A stretch of DNA of 56,037 nt, the filler included, from Callorhinchus milii (Eukaryota): the NCBI RefSeq assembly GCF_018977255.1. It is 2 parts of 2 records of this genome, joined end to end, with 100 filler letters (N's around TTAATTAATTAA, not from the genome) between each part and the next. Parts side by side here need not be neighbours in the genome. Positions count along the whole stretch, not along the records: positions 1 to 27,979 come from NW_024705681.1; positions 28,080 to 56,037 come from NW_024705682.1. One strand, given 5' to 3'. Shown here one piece after another: positions 21,905 through 34,000 of this stretch. The translations under genes and the position numbers were made by a program. Under the pieces are notes generated by a model. The model had not been told where the DNA came from. It worked only from the letters and a program-made list of their open reading frames with translations, and made no database searches. Every line of letters begins with the position of its first letter. Position 1 is the first letter of the stretch.

Positions 21905-24900
21905 GGCTTCCTCTCTCGCTCTCTCTCTGGTTCTCTCGCTTGAGCTGTCTCTCACTCTCTCTCTATTTCTCTCGCTCACTCTCTCGCCTGAGCTCTCTCT
22001 GACTCTCTCTTTCGCTCTCTCTCCCTCTCTCTCTCTCTTGCACTTTCTGTCGCTCTCTAACACTAACTCTATCCAGAATTCTGGGTTGTCCTGGAATTGG
22101 CCAACTGTTAACCAAAGAAAAATCGCAAAGGCGCATGGACTTGTTCAACTTCGACAAGTTACTGCTTGAAAGCCAAGGCCTCGAGCAGAGAGCCCAGCAG
22201 AGCGAGGACGTACCTGAGTGAGGACTGAACAAAGTGGGAATTCTGTGCAGGAATTTGGTGAGAGTGGGAATTCTTCAGCGAAAGAGATGCTAGAGAGCAA
22301 GAGAGAAGTCTTGAGAGACTCCAGGTAATGAGAGTAATGAGAGACTCCAGCAGCAGATTAACCTGGTAAGAGAGAGTGAGTCAGTGTGAGAGGGTATATG
22401 TCTCTCTTTATGTGTGTGTGTCTCTCTGTCTGTGTGTCTCTGTGTGAATGTCTCTCTCTGTATATGTCTCTCTCTGTGTATGTCTGTGTGTGTGTGTCTC
22501 TCTCTGTGTGTCTCTCTGTGTCTCTGTGTGTGTGTCTCTGTGTGTCTCTGTGTGTCTCTGTCTCGGTGTCTGTTATCTCACAGATCAGATCGATTTCAAG
22601 AACCTCTCACTTGTCTACAAATCGGTGGCCACTCGAGTCGTGACCTGAAGATGGGGAAGGAGGGGGCGAGGGGTTGAGGGGGAGAGTTCCAGAGTTTCGG
22701 GTGTAGTGGCTGAAGGCACGAGGATTCCAGCCGTGTGGGTGTGTGTGTGTGTGTGTGTGTGTATTTTTTTGTGTGTGTGTTTCTGTCTGTGTGTGTGTGT
22801 ATGTGTGTGTCTGTGTGTGTATCTGTCTGGATGTACATGCGTGTGCCTGTCTCTGTGTGTGCGCATCTGTATGTGTATGCGCGTCTGTGTGCGTGTGTGT
22901 GTGTCTGTCTGTGTGTGTGTCTGTCTGGGTGTGTATGCGTGTCTGCGTATGTGAGCATCTGCGTGTGTGTGTGCCTGTTTGCGTCTGTGTGTGTCTGCAT
23001 CTGTGTGTGCATGTGTGTGTGTGTGTGTGTCTGTATGGTGTGTGTGTCTCTGTGTGTGTGTTTATGCACGTCTGTGTGCGTGTGTGTGTCTGTGTGCGTG
23101 TGTGTCTATCTGTGTGTGTGTCTGTCTGGGTGCGTATGCGTGTCTGCGTGTGTGAGAGTCTGCGTGTGTGTGTATCTGCATCTGTGTGTATGTCTGTGTG
23201 TGCATGTCTGTGTGTGTCTGCATCTGTGTGTGTATGTGTGTGTGTGTCTGTATGGTATGTGTGTCTCTGTGTGTGTGTGTGTGTATGCACGTCTGTGTGC
23301 GTGTGTGTGTGTGTCTGTGTGTGTGTGTGTGTGTGTGTCTGTATGGTGTGTGTGTCTCTGTGTGTGTGTTTATGCACGTCTGTGTGCGTGTGTGTGTCTG
23401 TGTGCGTGTGTGTCTATCTGTTTGTGTGTCTGTCTGGGTGCGTATGCGTGTCTGCGTGTGTGAGAGTCTGCGTGTGTGTGTGTCTGCATCTGTGTGTATG
23501 TCTGTGTGTACATGTCTGTGTGTGTCTGCATCTGTGTGTGTATGTGTGTGTGTGTGTGTGTCTGTATGGTATGTGTGTCTCTGTGTGTGTGTGTGTATGC
23601 ACGTCTGTGTGCGTGTGTGTGTGTGTGTGTCTGTGTGTGTGTGTGTGTCTATCTGTGTGTGTGTGTCTGTCTGGGTGCGTATGCGTATCTGCTTGTGTGA
23701 GAGTCTGCGTGTGTGTGTGTCTGCATCTGTGTGTATGTCTGTGTGTGTATGTATGTGTGTGTGTGTCTGTATGGTACGTGTGTCTGTGTGTCTGTCTGTG
23801 TGTGCATGCATGTCTGTGCGTGTATATGTCTGTGTGTGTCTGAGGGTGTCTGTCTATGTGTGTCTGTGTGTGTATCTGTCTGGATGTATATGTGTGTGTC
23901 TGTCTCTGTGTGTGCGCATCTGTGTGTGTATGCGCGTCTGTGTGCGTGTGTGTGTGTGTGTGTGTCTGTCTGTGTGTGTGTATGTCTGTGTCTGTATAAG
24001 TCTGTGTGTGTCTGTATGTGTATATATATGTCTATGTGTGTGTTTGTGTGTGTGTGTGTGTGCATCTCTGGTGTGTGCATCTGTGTCTGTGTGTCTGTGT
24101 GTGTGACATTCTCCCAACGTGAAATGCGCTATAAACCTGTAATTTTGTTTTTGTTGTTCTGTGTATGTGTGTGTGTCTGTATGGTGTGTGTGTTTGTATG
24201 GTGTGTGTGTCTGTATGGTGTGTGTGTCTGTATGGTGTGTGTGTGTCTGTGTGTGTGTGTGCGTGTGTCTCTGTGGGTGTGTGTCTGTGTGCGCACGCGT
24301 CTGTGTGTGTGCATCTGTGTGTTTGCGGGTCTGTGTGGAACTGTATGTGTACGACTGTGTGAGTGTGGGTGTGCCTTCGTGTGTGTGTCTGCGAGTGTCT
24401 GTGTGTGTGTCTCTTTGTCTGTAGGTATGTCTGTGTGTGCGTGTCTGTGTGTTCTGTGTATGTGTGTCTGTGTGTGTGTCACTGTGTTTGTATGTGTGTC
24501 TGTCTGTGTATGTTTGTGTATGTCTGTGTGTATGTCTGTGTGTGTCTCTGAGTGTGTTTCTGTGTGTGTCTGCATGTGCGTGTGTATGTCTGTGTGCGTC
24601 TGTTTCTGCATATGTGTGTGTGTGTATGTGTGTGTCTGTTTGAGGGTGTCTGTCTATGTGTGAATGTGTGTGTATATCTGTCTGGGTGTGTATGTGTGCT
24701 CCTGTCTCTGTGTGTGCGCATTTGTGTGTGTATGCGTGTCTGTGTGCGTGTGTGTGTGTGTGTCTGTCTATATATCTGTGTGTGTCTGTATGTGTATATG
24801 TATGTCTGTGTGTGTGTGTATGTGCGCGTCTCTGGTATGTGCATCTGTGTCCGTGTGTCTGTGTGTGTGTGTGTCTGTGTGTGTGACATTCTCCCGATGT

Positions 24901-27161
24901 GAAATGCGCTATAAAAATGTATTTTTGTTGCTGTTGTTCTGTGTATGTGTGTGTGTCTGTAAGGTGTGTGTGTGTCTGTATGGTGTGTGTGTGTCTATAT
25001 GGTGTGTGTGTGTGACTGTATGGTGTGTGTGTGTGTGTCTCTGTGGGTGTGCGTCTGTATGCGCACGCGTCTGTGTGTGTGCATCTGTGTGTTTGCGGGT
25101 CTGTGTGGGTCTGTATGTGTGCGACGGTGTGAGTGTGGGTGTGCCTGTGTGTGTGTGTCTGTCTCTGTGTGTCTGTGTGTGTCTCTGTGTCTCTCTGTGT
25201 GTGTGTGTCTCTGTGTGTGTGTTTTGTGTGTGTGTGTGTGTCTCTGTGTCTCTCTGTGTGTCTCTGTGTGTCTCTGTGTGTCTCTGTATCTCTCTGTGTG
25301 TCTCTGTGTGTCTCTGTCGTGGTGTCTGTTATCTCACAGATCCGATCGATTTCAAGAACCTCTCACTTGTCTACAAATCGGTGGCCACTCGAGTCGTGAC
25401 CTGAAGATGGGGAAGGAGGGGGCGAGGGGTTGAGGGAGAGAGTTCCAGAGTTTCGGGTGTAGTGGCTGAAGGCGCGAGGATTCCAGCCGTGTGGGTGTGT
25501 CTGTCTGTGTGTGTATTTTTTTGTGTGTGTGTTTCCGTGTGTGTGTGTGTGTATATCTGAGTGTCTGTCTGAGGGTATCAGTCTATGTGTGTCTGTGTGT
25601 GTATCTGTCTGGATGTATATGTGTGTGCCTGTCTCTGTGTGTGCGCATCTGTGTGTGTATGCGCGTCTGTGTGCGTGTGTGTGTGTGTGTGTCTGTCTGT
25701 GTGTGTGTGTCTGTCTGTGTGTGTGTCTGTCTGGGTGTGTATGCGTGTCTGCGTGTGTGAGTGTCTGCGTGTGTGTGTGTGTCTGCATCTGTGTGTATGT
25801 CTGTGTGTGTGTGTCTCCGTCTGTGTGTGTCTGCATCTGTGTGTGTGTGTGTCTGTATGGTGTGTTTCTCTGTATGTGTGTCTGTCGGTGTGTGCATGTA
25901 TGTCTGTGTGTGTGTATGTCTGTGTCTGTATAAGTCTGTGTGTGTCTGTATGTGTATATATATGTCTATGTGTGTGTTTGTGTGTGTGTGTGTGTGCGTC
26001 TCTGGTGTGTGCATCTGTGTCTGTGTGTCTGTGTGTGTGACATTCTCCCAACGTGAAATGCGCTATAAAAATGTAATTTTGTTTTTGTTGTTCTGTGTAT
26101 GTGTGTGTGTGTCTGTATGGTGTGTGTGTGTGTCTGTATGGTGTGTGTCTGTATGGTGTGTGTGTGTCTGTGTGTGTGTTTGTGTGTGTGTGTGACTGTA
26201 TGGTGTGTGTGTGTCTGTATGGTGTGTGTGTGTGTCTGTATGGTGTGTGTCTGTATGGTGTGTGTGTGTCTGTGTGTGTGTTTGTGTGTGTGTGTGACTG
26301 TATGGTGTGTGTGTGTGTCTGTATGGTGTGTGTGTGTCTATATGGTGTGTGTGTGTGACTGTATGGTGTGTGTGCGTGTGTCTCTGTGGGTGTGCGTCTG
26401 TATGCGCACGCGTCTGTGTGTGTGCATCTGTGTGTTTGCGGGTCTGTGTGGGTCTGTATGTGTGCGACGGTGTGAGTGTGGGTGTGCCTGCGTGTGTGTC
26501 TCTGTCTCTGTGTGTCTCTGTGTGTCTTTGTGTGTGTGTGTCTCTGTGTGTGTGTTTCTCTGTGTGTGTGTCTCTGTGTGTCTGTCTCTGTCTCTGTGTG
26601 TCTCTGTGTGTGTCTCTCTGTGTGTCTCTGTGTGTCTTTGTGTGTGTGTCTCTCTGTGTGTCTCTGTGTGTCTTTGTGTGTGTGTCTCTCTGTGTGTCTC
26701 TGTGTGTCTGTGTGTGTCTCTGTGTGTCTCTGTGTGTCTCTGTGTGTCTCTGTGTGTCTCTGTGTCTCTCTGTGTGTCTCTGTGTGTGTGTCTCTGTGTG
26801 TCTCTGTGTGTCTCTCTGTGTGTCTGTGTCGTGGTGTCTGTTATCTCACAGATCCGATCGAGTTCAAGAACCTCTCACTTGTCTACAAATCGGTGGCCAC
26901 TCGAGTCGTGACCTGAAGATGGGGAAGGAGGGGGCGAGGGGTTGAGGGGGAGAGTTCCAGAGTTTCGGGTGTAGTGGCTGAAGGGACGAGGATTCCAGCC
27001 GTGTGTGTGTGTCTGTGTCTCTCTGTGTCTGCGTCTGTCTGTGAGTGTTTGTGTGTGTGTGTGTGTGTGCATATCTGAGTGTCTGTCTGAGGGTATCAGT
27101 CTATGTGTGTCTGTGTGTATTGTGTCTGGGTGTCTCTGTGTGTGCGCATCTGTGTGTGTGT

Positions 27162-27979
27162 GGTCTCAAAACCTTTCTCTTTGACGGTGCCTTCAGCTCT
27201 CCTCTCGACTCTCTTCCCCCTCCTCGCTCCCTCCCTCCCCTCCCCTCACCCTGACCATTTCCCCCCTCCTCGCTCCCTCCTCCCTCCCCTCACCCTGACC
27301 ATTTCCCACCCTCCTCGCTCCCTCCCTTCCCTCCCCTCACCCTGACCATTTCCCCCCTCCTCGCCTCCCTCCTCTCCCTCTCCCCTCACCCTGACCATTT
27401 CCCCCCTCCTCGCTCCCTCCCCCCCCTCCCCTCACCCTGACCATTTCCCCCCTCCTCGCTCCCTCCCTTCCCTCCCCTCACCCTGACCATTCCCCCCTCC
27501 TCGCTCCCTCCCTTCCCTCCCTCACCCTGACCATTTCCCCCCTCCTCGCTCCCTCCCTTCCCTCCCCTCACCCTGACCATTTCCCCCCTCCTCGCTCCCT
27601 CCCTCCCCTCCCTCACCCTGACCATTTCCCCCCTCCTCGCTCCCTCCCTTCCCTCCCCTCACCCTGACCATTTCCCCCTCCTCGCTCCCTCATTCCCTCC
27701 CCTCATCCTGACCATTTCCCCCCTCCTCGCTCCCTCCCTTCCCTCCCCTCACCCTGACCATTTCCCCCTCCTCGCTCCCTCCCTTCCCTCCCCTCACCCT
27801 GACCATTTCCCCCCTCCTCGCTCCCTCCCTCCCCTCCCATGACCATTTCCCCCTCCTCGCTCCCTCCCTTCCCTCCCCTCACCCTGACCATTTCCCCCCA
27901 ATGCTCGGGTCCTGACCCAACTGTGCAGCGCCTTGGGACGTCCTCCTGACGTGAAAGGCGCTTTATAAATGGAAACTTG
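27162..27979 (+). mobile_element. Duplicate of L2 3' end with about 15 copies of the 46-bp minisatellite
   Basis: Same 5' truncation point and flank as 5332; runs into the gap. Confidence 0.9.
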
Positions 27980-28079
27980 NNNNNNNNNNNNNNNNNNNNN
28001 NNNNNNNNNNNNNNNNNNNNNNNTTAATTAATTAANNNNNNNNNNNNNNNNNNNNNNNNNNNNNNNNNNNNNNNNNNNN
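27980..28079. other. Artificial contig spacer (44 N + TTAATTAATTAA + 44 N)
   Basis: Exactly 100 nt, symmetric, with a palindromic six-frame stop linker at 28024-28035. Confidence 0.95.
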
Positions 28080-31000
28080 TAGTAAACGGACTTTGAGACC
28101 CCGCTTCAAAGCAGTCCTGACAGAAACCAACTCTTGGCCCTGAATCTACTCAACTAATTAAACCCTCAACCTGCACTGACAGAAACCAACTCTCAAATCT
28201 ACACTTAAACAAACTTCAAACATCAGCTCTTAACATCACTGTATCACCCACAAAGCAAAAATATCTTCTCTAATCAGAAGATAAACTGATAATATCAAAT
28301 CTGAATATACATCTGATCTTACACCATCTGACCGACATCTTCTCGTTTGAACCTACAATGTAAACTAGAGTTAAAGCTCATATGTGTTCAGATGTTAGAC
28401 ATCCTGCATGAAGTCCACATAATGTTGCCAAACTTCTGGAGTATGGAAAGGTGTGAGAGAGAAAGAGTGTAATAGCTTTAGTTGCCACCGTAAGGTTTCC
28501 ACTATTACACTTCACCTTTCTTCCACAAATTCCAACTTGCTGGAAAGAAAGAGGATACAAATATACTAAGGTTTCCACAAAACCACACTTACCGTATAGT
28601 CCAAATGCACAACCAGCCCGATCCAAGCTCTGCTGTAAATAAATTGGTTGTGTTCCTACACTGAACCATTCCTGACACTGACCAACTCCCATCAAATACA
28701 CTAAACCAATCTCAACGTTGACTACATTGATTACGACACAGAGGATTCTCTGACAAACCAACTCAGCAACACAAAGGCAATTCCATCTCACAACACCTCA
28801 ACTTCACTAAACACTGACCAACTCCCCTGAGCTTCACTGATCAAAGCCACAGAAATCCATTCTCAACAATTCTACTAATCCAACCTTGGCCCCACTCACT
28901 CAACTACACTGCATAACTGCCCTGAACCTGCCCTGACACAAGCCAACTCTCAAACACCCTCTCAACTAAACCCAACTCTCAACAACTAGACTGACTCACC
29001 CCAACAAACCGAACTGTGAACCAATCTCAGCATAAACTGACTCAACAATTACACTAAACCAGTCTGAACAGAACATGACTCGTGGCAGCCACACTGACCC
29101 AGACCCGGCAGCGACTGACCCTCGGCAGCTACACATTGCCGGTTACTAGCAAACCAGCCGTGCAAACTGCTCCGACCCAGCCCTGGCAGCGACTGACCCG
29201 AGGCAACTGCACTGAGCCAGGCCTGAAAGACTCTAACCCTCAACAACTGCCCTCGACCGACCCCAGAGAGGCACCAACTCTACACCTGCCCTGAACCAAC
29301 TCGCACACAAACTGATGTTCCACAACCAGCCCCAACACAAACCAACTCTCAGCCACTCACCCCAACCAATCTCGACACACTGGCTCTGGGCAAATAAACC
29401 AACCTTCACACAGCGACTCTATATTACCCAACACACAAACTCACTCTGATCAAACTCTTGTTATCAAATCTAATCTTACACCATCTAACTACAGTGTCTG
29501 ACTTGAATCTCCACGATTCATACAATCTGTACCAATTAATTCTACCCTCAACCCAAACTCTCACCTCACCATATTAACTCAGCAACATCTCCCCACCTTG
29601 TCCCTCTCAAACCCCAGTCTTTGCTACTAACAACTTCTAATCTCAACCTCCAGTGTGAACCAGAGTTTGGCTCACAATCAAACATCCAACATGATGTCCA
29701 CATAGTGTTACCAAACCTCTGGAGTGTGGAAAGGTGCAAGAGAGAAAGTGTAATAGCTTTAGTTGCCAACATAGTTTTCTGCTATTACACTTACCTTATC
29801 TACCGTGAATTCCAACTTGCTGGAAAGAAAGGATACAAATATACTAACGTTTCCACAAAACCACACTTACCGTATAGTCCAAATGCACAACCAGCCCGAT
29901 CCATGTTCTGCTGTAAATAAACTGGTTGTGTTCCTACACTGAACCATTCCTGACACTGACCAACTCCCATAAAATTCACTGAACCAATCTCAACATTAAC
30001 TACATCAATAACTACAGAGGATTCTCTGACAAACCAACTCAGCAACACACAGGCAATTCCATCTCACAACACCTCAACTTCACTAAACACTGACCAACTC
30101 CCCTGAGCTTCACTGATCAAAGCCACAGAAATCCATTCTCAACAATTCTACTAATCCAACCTTGGCCCCACTCACTCAACTACACTGAACCTGCCCTGAC
30201 ACAAGCCAACTCTCAATCACCCTCTCAACTAAACCCAACTCTCAACTACACTAAAGAAACACTGACAGAAGCCAACTCAACAACTTGACCGACTGACCCC
30301 GACAAACTGAACTGTGAACCAATCTCAGCATAAACTGACTCAACAATTACACTAAACCAGTCTGAACAGAACCTGACTCGTGGCAGCCACACTGACCCAG
30401 ACCCGGCAGCGACTGACCCTCGGCAGCTACACATTGCCGGTTACTAGCAAACCAGCCGTGCAAACTGCTCCGACCCAGCCCTGGCAGCGACTGACCCGAG
30501 GCAACTGCACTGAGCCAGGCCTGAAAGACTCTAACCCTCAACAACTGCACTCGACCGACCTCAGACAGGCACCGACTCTACACCTGCCCTGAACCAACTC
30601 GCACACAAACTGATGCTCCACAACCAGCCCCAACACAAACCGACTCTCAGCCACTAAACCCAACCAACCTCGACAGACACTGGCTCTGGGAAAATAAACC
30701 AACCTTCACACAGACACTCTATATTACCCAACACACAAATTCACTCTGATCTCAGATCAAACTCTTGTAATAGATGTTATCAAATCAAACCTTACACCAT
30801 CCAACTACAGTGTCTGACTTCAATCTCTGCGATTCATACAATCTGTACCAATTAATTCTACCCTCAACCCAAACTATCACCTCACCATATTAACTCAGCA
30901 ACATCTCCCCATCTTGTCCCTCTCAAACCCCAGTCTTTGCTACTAACGACTTCTAATCTCAACCTCCAGTGTGAACCAGAGTTTGGCTCATATGTGTTCG

Positions 31001-34000
31001 GATGTTAAACATCCAGCATGATGTCCACATAGTGTTACCAAACCTCTGGAGTGTGGAAAGGTGCAAGAGAGAAAGAGTGTAATAGCTTTAGTCGCCAACA
31101 AGTTGTCCGCTATTACACTTACCTGATCTACCACGAATTCCAACTTGCTGGAAAGAAAGAGGATACAAATACCTAAGGTTTCCACAAAACCACACTTACC
31201 ATATAGTCCAAAAGCACATCCAGCCCGATCCAAGCTCTGCTGTAAATAAATTGGTTGTGTACCTGCACTGAACCATCCCTGACACTGACCAACTCCCATC
31301 AAATACACTGAACCAATCTCAACATTAACTACATCAATTACTACACAGAGGATTCTCTGACAAACTAACTCAGCAACACAAAGCCAGCACCGTCTCACAC
31401 CTCAACTTCACTACACCAGCCCTGACACTGACTAACTCTCCTGAGCTTCACTGATCAAATCCACAGAAATCCATTCTCAACAATTCTAGTAACTAACCCT
31501 GGCCCCATTCACTGAACTGTAACTGCACTAAACCTGCCCTGACACAAGCCAACTCTCAAACACCCTCTCAACTGAACCCAACTCTCAACAACTAGACTGA
31601 CTGACCCTGACAAACCCAACTCTGAACCAATCTCAGCATAAACTGACTCAACAATTACACTAAACCAGTCTGAACAGAACCTGACTCGTGGCAGCCACAC
31701 TGACCCAGACCCGGCAGCGACTGACTCTCGGCAGCTACACATTGCCGGTTACTAGCAAACCAGCCGTGCAAACTGCTCCGACCCAGCCCTGGCAGCGACT
31801 GACCCGAGGCAACTGCACTGAGCCAGGCCTGAAAGACTCTAACCCTCAACAACTGCCCTTGACCGACCTCAGACAGGCACCAACTCTACATCTGCCCTGA
31901 ACCAACTCGCACACAAACTGATGTTCCACAACGAGCCCCAATACAAACCAACTCTCAGCCACTCACCCCAACCAATCTCGACACACTGGCTCTGGGCAAA
32001 TAAACCAACCTTTACACAAAGGCTCTATATTACGCAACACAAAAATTCCATCTGATCTCAGATCAAACTCTTGTAATAGAGGTTATCAAATCAAACCTTA
32101 CACCATCCAACTATAGTGTCTGACTTCAATCTCTGCGATTCATACAACCTGTACCAATTAATTCTACCCTCAACCCAAACTATCACCTCACCATATTAAC
32201 TCAGCAACATCGCCCCATCTTGTCCCTCTCAAACCCCAGTCTTTGTTACTAATGACGTCTAATCTCAACCTCCAGTGTGAATCAGAGTTTGGCTCATATA
32301 TGTTCGGATGTCAAACATCCAGCATGATGTCCACATAGTGCTACCAAACCTCTGGAGTGTGGAAAGGTGCAAGAGAGAAAGAGTGCAATAGCTTTAGTTG
32401 CCAACATAGTTTTCCACTGTTACACTTACCTTATCTACCAGGAATTCCAAATTGCGGGAAAGAAAGAGGATACAAATATACTACGGTTTCCACAAACCCA
32501 CACTTACTGTATAGTCCAAATGCGCATCCAGCCCGATCCAAGCTCTGCTGTAAATAAATTGGTTGTGTACCTGCACTGAACCATTCCTGACACTGACCAA
32601 GTCCCATCAAATACACTGAAACAATCTGAACATGAACTACATTGATAACTACACAGAGGATACTCTGACAAACCAACTCAGCAACACAAGCAATTCCATC
32701 TCACAACACCTCAACTTCACTAAACCAGCTCTGACACTGACCAACTGCCCTGAGATACACTGATCAAATCCAGAGAAATTCATTCTCAACAATTCTACTA
32801 ATGCAACCTTGGCCTCACTCACTCAACTACACTGAGTAACTGCACTGAACCTGCCCTGACACAAGCCAACTCTCAAACACCCTCAACTAAACACAACTCT
32901 CAACTATACTCAGGAAAGACTGACAGAAGCCAACTCAACAACTGGACTGACAAACCCAACTCTGAACCAATCTCAGCATAAACTGACTCGACAATTACAC
33001 TAAACCAGTCTGAACAGAACCTGACTCGTGGCAGCCACACTGACCCAGACCCGGCAGCGACTGACTCTCGGCAGCTACACATTGCCGGTTACTAGCAAAC
33101 CAGCCGTGCAAACTGCTCCGACCCAGCCCTGGCAGCGACTGACCCGAGGCAACTGCACTGAGCCAGGCCTGAAAGACTCTAACCCTCAACAACTGCACTC
33201 GACCGACCTCAAACAGTCACTGACTCTACACCTGCCCTGAACCAACTCGCACACAAACTGATGCTCCACAACCAGCCCCAACACAAACAGACACTCAGCC
33301 ACTAAACCCAACCAACCTCGACAGACACTGGCTCTGGGCAAATAAACCAACCTTCACACAGATACTATATTACCCAACACACAAATTCACTCTGATCTCA
33401 GATCAAACTCTTGTAATAGATGTTATCAAATCAAACCTTACACCATCCAACTATAGTGTCTGACTTCAATCCCTGTGATTCATACAATCTGTACTGATCA
33501 ATTCTACTCTCAACCCAAAATGTCACCTCACTACATTCACCCAGAAACAACTCCCCATCCTGTCCCCCAAACCCTGGTCTGTTACTGACAACTCCTAATC
33601 TCAACCTCCAGTGTGAACCAGAGTTTGGCTCATATGTGTTTGGATGTCAGACATCCTGCATGATGTCCACATAGTGTTGCCAAACCTCTGGAGTGTGGAA
33701 AGGTGCGAGAGAAAGAGATACAACCTTTACTGTCATCAGAGTTCCCGCTTGTACAGACTTACCTTATCCTCCACAAGTCCCAAGGAGCTAGAGAGAGAAA
33801 CAGGGCATGAGCTTCAGCCATCATCCTCAGGTTCCAGGAATCTTCACTTACCACATAGTCCAAAGAAGTACAACACATCCATCAGACACCGCCGTAAACT
33901 ATGAGGCTCTTTATCTACATTGAACCAGCCCCAACACTAACCAACTCATGATCTACACTGAACCAACCAACTCTACACTGAACCAATCTCAGGATAAAAT

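Noticed and set aside
31015..31130. C/D-box snoRNA (ATGATG..CTGA) in array units
   Set aside because: The C box is imperfect, the D box occurs in only one unit, and it lies on the strand opposite the splice signals.
30964..31239. Protein-coding repeat from exons 40+25+82 nt (147 nt, 49 codons, open in this unit)
   Set aside because: Other units have an in-frame TGA (about 28390) or a frame-breaking deletion (about 29675), the third donor is weak, and the peptide resembles nothing I recognise. Not fully excluded as a decayed coding repeat.
28560..33860. Ig/TCR J-segment cluster (repeated GTAAGT donors, GGTTTTGT nonamer-like motif)
   Set aside because: No CACTGTG heptamer at 12/23 spacing and no FGxG/WGxG motif; the segments have splice acceptors instead.
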